This document shows positions 29,301-36,180 of a stretch of DNA of 64,000 nucleotides, one piece after another. Under the pieces are notes generated by a model. That model worked only from the letters and a program-made list of their open reading frames with translations. It did not search any database and was not told where the DNA came from. The position numbers were made by a program, and so were the translations under genes. The DNA is taken from positions 32,001 to 96,000 of the IMG/VR virus record IMGVR_UViG_3300008952_000003, one strand, 5' to 3'. Origin of the DNA: a virus. Position 1 is the stretch's first letter. Each line of letters opens with the position of its first letter.

Positions 29301-30954
29301 AGAGAGAAAACACCCGACAGATTTCACACTTCCAGTTGATTGGTATGCCGATGAAGGGCTGCATGAAACCGTAACGATGTACAGTAAGCCATCTTCTTAT
29401 GGACCTCCTATGATGGGGTCGAATATTATTTATGATTCTGGAAGCTATGGTACCTCAAGGGATCGTCAACAAAACTCAGATAGTTTATTTGGAAGAAATC
29501 CCTCATTTACACCACCGTATTACGACGGAGAGTCATGGATTGACATAGTATATTCATCGGCTGTCGACAGGGTGTTGACTCTGGAAGAATTTTTTATGTC
29601 AGCTAGCGTCAATACTCAAAGAATACCAAACAATGAGGCCGCGTGGCCCAATATTCCAGGGGCGATCGGGGCTGTTGTCGCCGATGAATTTCCAATGCAC
29701 AGAAAGAATGCAGATGATTACGCTATGCAATTAAATTCGTCGATCAATCTATTTGGAAAGGCCTTCGACCGCTCAGTCACTTCGGATATCGAATCGTCAG
29801 CTAGGTGGACTATTGAACCTAAGATGGAGGTCCCGGTGTTGAATTTCGGAGATAAAACAAGGCGCCCCCTAACGTTTGAAAATATAGCCCTTCCGACTGG
29901 TGGAGACCCGCTAGACAACTCCGATCGTTTGGACGGATTTCTTGGAAAAACTGCCACACCGATTGGCATGTGGCATCAGTTTGGTTTAATCCCGGAAAAA
30001 GATGAAGGAATACATTTGAGTATAGAAGATATTCCTGTTGATTTTCTCAACAAACCAACATTAAATTCCTTTTATGTGGGCGGCCCAAATATGAAATCAC
30101 TCATCGATATAGTTGGGTTCAACAAGGGCGCCTCAAGAAAGATTGGGAAAGTGGCTGAATCAAAAACAGTTCACGAAGCAGTAGTCGCGATTCCGTACAT
30201 TATTAAGGACGGAGAGAGAAAATTCTTCAAAGTTTGCGGGAATTTAATCAAAAATGCACGCTCAGTTCTGGGAGATGGCACCGAAGCTGTTTCGGAAGAG
30301 CGCCCTGGCGACTCTATTATTGACATGGTATCAAAAATGAAGAGGTATATACTCCCTCCGAGAATGGATTTCGTAGCAAACGATAGTGTGGATCCATTTG
30401 CAATATACATATTTGAATTTTCGCACACTTTTGATCAAAATGATCTATCTTATATCTGGCAAAACACAATGCCAACCACGGGAACCTCCTTTGAGGAGGC
30501 TACAGCAGAGCTTTCCCACAAAATAATCAACAAAGAATTGCTAGAAACATTCAAAGATAAAATAAAATGGCTAGTATTTAAAGCAAAGCAAAGAGGCAAC
30601 AACAATTACTTCAGTCTCGTAAGTGGCCAGTCAGAAGAGGGTAGTGAACAACACAAATATAGTTACAATTGGCCTTATGATTACTTTTCAATGGTAGAAT
30701 TTATAAAAATAGAGTCCGAAATAGAGTATTCGACCGAACAAGCGATTGATATTAATGATTCGTTTGCAGAAGTCAACGAATCACTCCAAAAGGGAGTTAG
30801 ATCCACAAAACAACTCATACCATCACAAGAAAAAGACAGGGCATATACCTCTGAACTGACGATGACAGAGGCAAAAACTGAAAAAAGAGAGAAAGTAAAA
30901 GAAGACAGAGAAAAGAGAAAGATAAGGGGAGCCTTTAAGGCGAAGGACGATTAA
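20302..30954 (+). CDS. Giant (3550 aa) baseplate/tail structural protein with LamG (concanavalin A-like) and Asp-box reelin-like domains
   Basis: LamG motifs SIEFWMK, DDKWHHYAFTF, GSLDEFRYWK, SISFWLK, GSMDSISWFNK; Asp-boxes SLDSGATW and SVDGGTTW followed by DHWALNEV and DNWAIDDV. Confidence 0.7.
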   Translation: MTIRDLFDSANSYKILSNENLENLGANVESSGNMQQRLEEKDRFVPIVNFRYPENFARYGKAEKYYKDSLSRIYNDYPYDGSLKERAQFRNESSYLDLYLLDNKYPRSTGYSIFSPNGWGTQVDSASFGGDPTNIIAKPSTLEYIQVIGGPHESPSEFISSSLRSQFEHANKYDSSTHRESNLKCDFDEGVSIEFWMKKSTLMTGSTSFEVPAMLSNEDSGSVQILLSTRDAADPTQTRFTTVFTSGSIVGFDDTAPLTNTEILDDKWHHYAFTFQNSASVVEIKTYYDGALVQQAPASYPLGVPSTISEITGALKLNVGASRKALYNLAPGVNVDWPEDGWGKLSGSLDEFRYWKTARTSEEIGKYWFTQYGGGTNRDDANVDLGVYLKWNEGITGINSIDSTALDYSGRISNGSWTGYTPEARSTGSAMDEYLKKESEFRDPIIYSFHPRVVSLENSLIESGSAYDLENNASIYNSIPSWITEDDEIGSEDVLNLTQILASYFDTLQLQMEALPALKDKTYNDPNIIKPKTFSSRLLESQGFIAPEIFADVDALAQIMNRDDDRKYELDLTDIKNTIYQNVYNNLINIYKSKGTEKGFRNIVRCFGVDDELIRLNIYGNNVSYDLKDNYRTTTLKKRYADFNHTDRFSATVYQQTASGNPNTVSFISASSDSEYVPFTLEAEVIFPKKLGKDNPLYFDTPFLSSSLFGFHGGIDDINFAWPPLADDRNLQVYAVREELESKNVFFQLRNRDASINLTTDIFEDVYDNQKWNFALRYRFPVTGVDLVSGSDTATPIVELYGVNSDAGIVSNEFLLTASVASSFGTSPKRIYLGGHRLNFTGSIIDHADTKISSLRYWTSYLDNDVIKVHARDPSNYGTKSPYESTYLYITSLTGVAVPQAETLALNWDFSTVTSSDGGISGVPTISDAGYTVQDFSSGSLNLIDRYKWLGNIVKRQHTGRGDFLLPDDKKVVDVKYVYSGKQVAPEVIQSSDAISVLGESDIYFNRDTRPVNFFYALEKSMYQTISDEMLNIFSTIVDFNNLIGDPVNRYRQKYKSMEKLRQLFFERVQNTPDLDKYVEFYKWIDASLNIMLQQLVPMSADVSKEIRTMIESHILERNKYWTKFPTLEMVPTDPESGAKGINELLYDWKRGHHPVNNQQDTNCPWWKQRADRVGDTIASPVISSGDPKVDAGRQKILDVSVSALNRSYSTPYRLGTAQSKVLKGGSNVPGAKKQNFLRTTLNFGTTNGLLLLDGPKYVIDCVEDDVYQLNYRSFVKKIPFTDDYTTNNFNFLAPGTLVGFPDKGSVPTADYHQDSYGPDIEVPAQSPFTEAHVGGLQFRHAPANDGLDDANSRPEGWKVDFSPSGVILTHPDVDKPRAMYYRDETAKRPLNIRNIKGSYGNYTKDHQVVQSAGRYINNHAWVQAGGWDLNPAGAPSIYVAGLIDIPRIQRGRHESTIVSRFSAPGGPETMGDSNGGPGLDRYSAELSFNNDLNARNYTVRSIENKLLTSHVNQFGYFSNTGDIVDGPSSSVNPLDYSGTGSIYQVNRNIRRRLELSGTAVITGSLYDNYWVNHPIPQSDLQYAWINSSYESVDPSGLGYWHEAMFEFTTREKVVLSESFTSSLDPTKWTSQSVTMRQSDDSDNWIARMGTNLGVGSDPRLLTTAKDYNLPFRVDYSYARGGFQNPTSRMYLEFDGNSLLYGSAAAVSASDGRNSISFWLKFQGPIGSDRRIMCTGNSQDKRLYLDLVTPTNYSLRYIRRFTGTDKSFRVTLTDLYDSDYFLENFVHICLVDDENDPVFEPVLYVDGMNATTFSSPSFFSATGTPEIILPSERFHIGENFLGTSTEAFSGSMDSISWFNKLLTEAQAQELYNNGTPGAVQNVSFWPTSITASNQVHYWQLGDANNDEILLGAPPVSPSVYDVGEIPGAHDEDLYAWGAGDMQFLEYPGYNMASPQVTNDETMSFEVSLDSGATWVTASVLADLGDLAGNNVGFLTKNRTFLQNTPGQTARIRFRQDNFSNPKRDHWALNEVTISEITYVDPVTFSPYGDFVSRLWTGGPNIRFGANLEEIADTPLFEVYVPTVYNGLNYNVYEPIDTENSQIGYPLSTDIGDYLNEALVPGFRNKVGDVPAQRLGRSSMLNAILLKRNGPYQYPNWKQIRTGEHALARYYRNNNIITVTREPGRSLTLDGQAYIEPFGDTFSFKEPAVNSKYAPVEFSLGMRMETIPENGDPYYIVRPVTIKTSYGNNLGYFDSPKLNRLAKFDDENDGLEEQPYDVIKDMYLNGALNKLESPVYSLVSLKYAEKVYPAVKNLYSKQVRERIDFSNTFWRQSRVDRNTLGSEKFGGTNSQGFVRAQSAWALDGRTDFTRNANVARNYDSPTSTNGELQNEYTMVWRENHIVAPAFAEDLFPTVIYSRRQDPNTLYSVVSPNGMEFINTNSTSSTYVAQIEFQSDFSNYPGTASHGYINSAVGDAKWQSGELAGKIIDGSFASASTTPYYDDYDRFNEELRLKNKDYSIVPEFRISEHMDFYFDEHGGDFLTNNKNMLSIFGSPSASSGQEGFYKTYSHGDFMKFFEVIDSDHKEISDLEKTLTLKCSALKKFVPYDGFYPAERCLEIANKFSSSYSQYVTSSGNFEFKDTQIRMRPLMAPFMAPGILFNTIKSGIAVDYPVYTGSYIAARYILKNSTPGIHGGDTYLEEDFVSGSGGTFERGVDTAVWDFDTSNDGPDVRENVAQTNWIFRFRGTHSPDKRYLITQDEFETPFRVTFKYCRGDFENGLTPGYDLERPEVNDDFMFGYSVDGGTTWLTQSVFTSGSTKSGDDLVALGGSGFLEHTASFPAGSGSVKLMWKQIDWTGGNADNWAIDDVSIDAYFHPTPYYGLGPKSIDKVGWDYRVPFEAVLYPEMTNGLDFVDMEVNPQIALSSSLTFGVIIDPSMRTRLVAPSTDNLYKLMINNFLAETVEFFLKNGRLSSFRSNASDTGFEFKSGSYGMRVKIRRSMNKERKHPTDFTLPVDWYADEGLHETVTMYSKPSSYGPPMMGSNIIYDSGSYGTSRDRQQNSDSLFGRNPSFTPPYYDGESWIDIVYSSAVDRVLTLEEFFMSASVNTQRIPNNEAAWPNIPGAIGAVVADEFPMHRKNADDYAMQLNSSINLFGKAFDRSVTSDIESSARWTIEPKMEVPVLNFGDKTRRPLTFENIALPTGGDPLDNSDRLDGFLGKTATPIGMWHQFGLIPEKDEGIHLSIEDIPVDFLNKPTLNSFYVGGPNMKSLIDIVGFNKGASRKIGKVAESKTVHEAVVAIPYIIKDGERKFFKVCGNLIKNARSVLGDGTEAVSEERPGDSIIDMVSKMKRYILPPRMDFVANDSVDPFAIYIFEFSHTFDQNDLSYIWQNTMPTTGTSFEEATAELSHKIINKELLETFKDKIKWLVFKAKQRGNNNYFSLVSGQSEEGSEQHKYSYNWPYDYFSMVEFIKIESEIEYSTEQAIDINDSFAEVNESLQKGVRSTKQLIPSQEKDRAYTSELTMTEAKTEKREKVKEDREKRKIRGAFKAKDD

Positions 30955-30956
30955 AA

Positions 30957-32078
30957 ATGGAGTTTTTTGACGATAAAGAAGAGGTATTGGATATACAATT
31001 GACTCAATTTGGGAAGCACTTGCTATCTCTTGGGAAGTGGAAGCCCACATATTATGCTTTTTTTGATGACAATATTCTTTATGACGGAAAATATGCCGAA
31101 TTAGTCGAAGAACAGAACGATATAGAGGGTAGAATACAAGATATCACCCCACAGATGCACACTCAGCATGTTTTTTCTGGCAGAGAAACGGATTTTTTAA
31201 GAATTCTGGAAGCAAAAGAAGAAAAAGACCTCAGTGAAGAGGAAAAGGTAAGGATTCAATCAACACCAGAAAGGGATTACTCACTAGTGTCCCCCCTTGG
31301 AAACTCAGAACTGGGAGTAGATAAAACACCAAGGTGGTCAATTAAGTCATTATCTGGCGAGATACAAAGTTCTTCTGAATTCCTCACAGGATCCTTTCAG
31401 AGTCTAAGGATTCCACAGATAAATATGCAAATATCATATCGAGCACTCGCCAGGAGTACGAGGGCATTCCCCGCAGGAGTGGAATCTTTTGGGCAGATTG
31501 AGGCAGAAGAGCTTAATCTGGGGGTTTTTTCTGATGGCACCTTCTTGGATATAATTAGTGATTCTCTATTGCTGGATATTTCTGAGCTTAATACGGAGTT
31601 TGATGTTGAGAATTTCGAAATAGAAGTCTTCAAAGTTGAAAATAGCGAGCTTCCGGGAACAAGTAATCCAAATATTAGCACTTTAAATCAACTTTTTTTC
31701 GAAAAAAGAAAAGAGCAAATACAAAACAATATTTTAATTTCTGATAGGCCATCCAACGAGATAATTCCCACTGATCCAACGTATGTGGAGTATTATTTTG
31801 ATGTATTTCTAGATGACGAAATCGATGAAAATACGATATGTGCCGCCGTAAGCAAGCTAAAATCAAACGGAATTTACATAGATACAGAGTTCGATTGTCC
31901 CGAGTCCCCACTCCAGGCTACAGCAGTTAATCCATATTTAGATCAGACTGAAACGACCCTGGTTGTGTGTAATGATGACGACATAAATACGCCTCCAAGG
32001 GCCTCTGTTGTTAAATCCGGTGTCTTTTCGACAGTCCCAGTGAAAGACCTTGATGTAAATGAGGATGAAAATGACTAA
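30957..32078 (+). CDS. Virion structural protein, paralog of 38989..39930
   Basis: N-terminus FFDDKEEVLDIQLTQFGKHLL...YAFFDDNILYD resembles FLDNSGDIILDAVLTDTGRARL...FALGDDEINY. Confidence 0.55.
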   Translation: MEFFDDKEEVLDIQLTQFGKHLLSLGKWKPTYYAFFDDNILYDGKYAELVEEQNDIEGRIQDITPQMHTQHVFSGRETDFLRILEAKEEKDLSEEEKVRIQSTPERDYSLVSPLGNSELGVDKTPRWSIKSLSGEIQSSSEFLTGSFQSLRIPQINMQISYRALARSTRAFPAGVESFGQIEAEELNLGVFSDGTFLDIISDSLLLDISELNTEFDVENFEIEVFKVENSELPGTSNPNISTLNQLFFEKRKEQIQNNILISDRPSNEIIPTDPTYVEYYFDVFLDDEIDENTICAAVSKLKSNGIYIDTEFDCPESPLQATAVNPYLDQTETTLVVCNDDDINTPPRASVVKSGVFSTVPVKDLDVNEDEND

Positions 32079-32080
32079 GG

Positions 32081-32088
32081 ACTATTTA
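32081..32088 (+). promoter_or_regulatory. Candidate late promoter motif ACTATTTA
   Basis: In the 28-nt gap before ATG 32107. Confidence 0.55.
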
Positions 32089-32106
32089 TATAAAAGGCGA
32101 ACATAG

Positions 32107-35100
32107 ATGGCTATTAATATTGATACAAAAAATCTTTCTGGCGACATTCTCCCTACAGTTTATATATCGGAGATCGCGATACGTTCGGCCAAGCTATCCA
32201 AGTTCGAGCCTCGTGACATCGCATCAAGTAACTTTAGGAATCCATCGGCGCCAGTTGTGCCAAAAAAAACCATTTCTGGAAAACTGCTATCCACCGCCAC
32301 CACAGCGATTCCAGTTAAGGATGTTGCTGCCAAAACGAACAGCCTGTTAGAGAAGAAAAAGAATACTTCATCGGGTCTGAGTGTGACTCTCTCTCTATCG
32401 ATAAAAGATATTGTCGAAAAGGATCAGATTAGCACATGGCTATTTAATAGCGACTTTACTGAGTTTTTAAATATAAAAATAATTCAGAGTACTGACCCGA
32501 CTCTAACAAAAAATCTTTCTAAGGGAAAATTTAAATCACTGAATGATCAAAAATTTAAAAGACATTACAAAGAAAAGATCCTGTCAGTCCGGAAAAACAA
32601 CGCTGAAAAAACAAAAAACAAGACAGCAGATTTTGATTTGAAGGATTTTTCTAGTGTTGTGACCTCCACCGGAGAAAGAATATATGAAATTCCCTACGAA
32701 ACTGAGTTCACCATTAAGACCGCAAAGCCTAAACATTTAGCATATTTTGCTTTTGTTTATATCGACATACGTCAGATGGCGAGATTTTACGGGATGGACT
32801 CAGTAGGTATAAACTCAAAATTTATAAAAGGAATCACATCTGCTGAAAAAGTGATAAACAGGGGAGAAGTAAATACGAGCACTTTTGTATTTTATCTTGC
32901 TGACACAAACCAAATATGGGCCGGCCCAAAGCACAAAGACAAAGGGATTTGGATGACTGGCAAACGAGGCGATCCTCTCGCCAAGGTGTTGAGAAAAGAG
33001 GAGATGGCCAACAAGAAGATTAATGATTATAGAGAAGTGAATGATCTGCAGAAAAATGATTTAATTCTCAAAGCGGCCCTGAGACAAGTTCAAAGACTCC
33101 AAAAAACACAGCTAAACAGAGATAGGGTTTCGTACGATGCTCCAGATTCATATATTTCAGCCGGAATAGTTTCTCCCAAGCCAAACGGTGAAGTCAATTT
33201 ATTGTTTCACGTAGATGTCAGGAAATTAGTTCGAACTCAGAGTGCTTTTGGAAATATATTAGATTTAACTTCCAATCAGAGAGCTAAAGAAGAGATTTAT
33301 TTATTGTCAAATATCAAAACAATGAAAATTCTTCGCCGCCGAGTAAAGAATATACCCTCCATCAATAGGCTGGGAACACCAGTTTATTCAAATATTTTTG
33401 ATGCATCGAGGGAGATAGTGAGGACCATAGTGTTCTCTTCGGATGAGGATGGCGCCTTGAAAAAACAGCAAAACGATAATGGTGGAATCCGAGAGGTGGG
33501 AAATATCGCATTTTCTTCTGGCGTCCGAACTTTCACTGTGACCGATAATAGTATTTCCGAAATAACAGATGGCACTTACCAGTATGGTGTGTACGTGGAA
33601 GTCGAAGATGGCACCGTTAAGTTTCTAAACAAACAATTATCCAGGCTCATATTGGCTAATGAGAGATTGCGACTTTATCACACTGATTCTTTAAATCCCA
33701 GATATCTGGAGAAAGATGGAAAGTTTAAAGATACTTTTTCGAAAAAATATAAGAACCTCGCAAGATCTTCAGGGCAGATAGTTCCTTGGGTCCGCGCTAT
33801 AGCTACTTTTATAGATGTATATTCCTCCATTACGGATTTGAAGCAATCTCCAAATAAATTGGCCAAGAAGTTTAACTCGATGACAAATGCCGAAACTGGA
33901 AATGCTGCTGGAATAGCAGCTTTAATAACCTTGATTGATGAGGTTATTAATAAATTGGAGGCCACCCTGGGATCAAAGAAATACCCCAAGCAGTCTTCAT
34001 TTCTGACGTCAAAGAAGTCGGCACCTCAACAGTACAAAGTTTCTATCATGACGATCGACAAATACTTTAGAGACTTGCACGATAGTGATATAGTGAAGAA
34101 TGTTGGTGTGGACTTCGTGGGAAAAGAGGGAGTCGAAGACGTTGGGATCAAGGCTATCTTAACGGACGACTTCTTCGAGAGGATTAAAGAAGAAAATTCA
34201 ATGTACTGGAAAACCGATGACATTAATGCCATTGGGAACAAACTGTCTCTAGAATTCGAAAACACAACACAGGTACCAGATGATAAGAGAGAATTGTTTA
34301 ATTTAGCTGAGACAGAGATGACTTTCCTTACCCCTTCCACTATCAGGGGGGGAAATTACGCCATCGATCGTTTGAATGCCGGAAAATCCCTGTGGGATTC
34401 TGGAAAATATAACGCCATGGCAAGCACCCTAGTCGCCACTAAGAGTGGAAATTATATTAATAAAAACCAAAAAACTAATCCAACAATGCCAGCAACCGAA
34501 AGGGATGCAAAAGACTCTATGGACAACAATCTGAGAAGACAAGCCCAGAATGGTTCGGTTTCCAGCGTTTTGAGTCAGATGGGGGTGACGATAGTTGACC
34601 CCGACATCGCAACAAAACCCAAGTCGCCTCCCCTATCAATACCCGTCTCCGCCGCGCCTCCCGGAGGTAAACCACCAACCTCTTTGGCCGGCGCACAGGG
34701 AAAAGGCGCCTCTTTGGATTTTACAGTCAATACGAAGCCGATAGAAAATTCGAATTTACAATCATTGACTGATTGTGATGGTAATCCAATAGCGTCAAAT
34801 ATGATTTTTGATGATTCTGATCCTGTTGTTAAAGTGACGACCGAGGAGGCAGACATAGAAGAAGAGAAAATAGCTAAACGCCGCCGCATACACAATAACA
34901 AGATACTCGCAGAGAGCAGAAATGCTATTGGGAATGTCTTTGTAAACCGCGCCGCATCACGGGGAACATTAAATAAACTCTCTCCACAAAGCAAATCGTC
35001 CCAACGAAAGGTCGTCGACAACACCCCATCTGTCTCGGGATACGAACTGGGTAGCGTGAGAAATTTGGTAGATAATATTAGGCAATCTCCACTCAAGAAG

Positions 35101-36159
35101 GCAGATTTTGAAAAAATTCCAAATCAAGTGAGATCCCTCATGTTCTCCGAGAGTGATCAGGTAAAAAATAACTTCTTAGATATGGAGCAAGACCCTATGA
35201 GGAGCCCAGAGACTTCTCAAATGATGAAATATAATTTCGACACTTTTGGGAAAATAGAAGCCTTTGTTGGCTTCGTGAAAGACTCGGAAGGAAATAATAT
35301 AATTAAAAAGCCAAAATTTGTCCCCCTTAAAAAGCGATTACTGGATCGAGCTAAATCTGGCGTTATTTTGTGTAGGATACAGAACTATGAAAATAAGCAG
35401 CTAAAGATCGGCCAAAATAGTTCCTTAAATATGAAGATTTATGATAATTGTTTCTTGATGTCCACAAAGCAACTATCGTTGATGCTCGTAAAAAAGAAAA
35501 AGATAGAAACAAAGATAAAAATAGCCAGAAGAAAGGAAGAGATTGAAGCAGCTAAGAGAGCCGCTGCCCTTGCAGCAGCAATGGCTCCCTCAAATAAGCA
35601 GAAAATAAAAGAAAAGTCATTTATAGAAGACGATATAGAGATAGTTTTGGTTGAAGAAGTCAAGAAAGGGGACCAGACAGTTGCTACGTTCGCAGGCGCC
35701 GCTGCTACTGCTCCTGGCGTTCTAAAGAAAAAAGAAGAAAAGAAAAAGAGAGTGAAAAAAATAACAAAAGCTGGAAGTTCTGTGACTATCGAGGTCGACG
35801 CGGATATCGTCGAAGCGGATATTGAAAATCTAATAGATTCCATCAAGGATGAAGATTTGGTAGATACAGTAAGGGGTGATTTTTCCGATTCTAGTTCCTC
35901 AAGGGGAGACGAGCAGTCAAATACCCCCGGCCAAACCCTTGGCGGCATGTTTTCCAAGAAAGAAGAGGAAAAAGAAGAGGAAATTCTAACTCTGAATGAC
36001 GTCGCTGGTCCATCAATTGAGGAACAAATCTTACAAGATCTAGACCAAGCAACACTACTCGCCCCAGTTGGGGACTACTCTGAATCGATAGAAGTGGAAG
36101 AAGAACCAACACCCCCATTCCCCGCCGGCGTTTCAGGCCTAGTAGGTGGCGGAAGATGA
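32107..36159 (+). CDS. Large hypothetical protein (1350 aa), probably structural
   Basis: Long ORF in the tail module; low-complexity acidic C-terminus. Confidence 0.5.
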   Translation: MAINIDTKNLSGDILPTVYISEIAIRSAKLSKFEPRDIASSNFRNPSAPVVPKKTISGKLLSTATTAIPVKDVAAKTNSLLEKKKNTSSGLSVTLSLSIKDIVEKDQISTWLFNSDFTEFLNIKIIQSTDPTLTKNLSKGKFKSLNDQKFKRHYKEKILSVRKNNAEKTKNKTADFDLKDFSSVVTSTGERIYEIPYETEFTIKTAKPKHLAYFAFVYIDIRQMARFYGMDSVGINSKFIKGITSAEKVINRGEVNTSTFVFYLADTNQIWAGPKHKDKGIWMTGKRGDPLAKVLRKEEMANKKINDYREVNDLQKNDLILKAALRQVQRLQKTQLNRDRVSYDAPDSYISAGIVSPKPNGEVNLLFHVDVRKLVRTQSAFGNILDLTSNQRAKEEIYLLSNIKTMKILRRRVKNIPSINRLGTPVYSNIFDASREIVRTIVFSSDEDGALKKQQNDNGGIREVGNIAFSSGVRTFTVTDNSISEITDGTYQYGVYVEVEDGTVKFLNKQLSRLILANERLRLYHTDSLNPRYLEKDGKFKDTFSKKYKNLARSSGQIVPWVRAIATFIDVYSSITDLKQSPNKLAKKFNSMTNAETGNAAGIAALITLIDEVINKLEATLGSKKYPKQSSFLTSKKSAPQQYKVSIMTIDKYFRDLHDSDIVKNVGVDFVGKEGVEDVGIKAILTDDFFERIKEENSMYWKTDDINAIGNKLSLEFENTTQVPDDKRELFNLAETEMTFLTPSTIRGGNYAIDRLNAGKSLWDSGKYNAMASTLVATKSGNYINKNQKTNPTMPATERDAKDSMDNNLRRQAQNGSVSSVLSQMGVTIVDPDIATKPKSPPLSIPVSAAPPGGKPPTSLAGAQGKGASLDFTVNTKPIENSNLQSLTDCDGNPIASNMIFDDSDPVVKVTTEEADIEEEKIAKRRRIHNNKILAESRNAIGNVFVNRAASRGTLNKLSPQSKSSQRKVVDNTPSVSGYELGSVRNLVDNIRQSPLKKADFEKIPNQVRSLMFSESDQVKNNFLDMEQDPMRSPETSQMMKYNFDTFGKIEAFVGFVKDSEGNNIIKKPKFVPLKKRLLDRAKSGVILCRIQNYENKQLKIGQNSSLNMKIYDNCFLMSTKQLSLMLVKKKKIETKIKIARRKEEIEAAKRAAALAAAMAPSNKQKIKEKSFIEDDIEIVLVEEVKKGDQTVATFAGAAATAPGVLKKKEEKKKRVKKITKAGSSVTIEVDADIVEADIENLIDSIKDEDLVDTVRGDFSDSSSSRGDEQSNTPGQTLGGMFSKKEEEKEEEILTLNDVAGPSIEEQILQDLDQATLLAPVGDYSESIEVEEEPTPPFPAGVSGLVGGGR

Positions 36160-36180
36160 TCTCTCGAAGGAAATTATAAG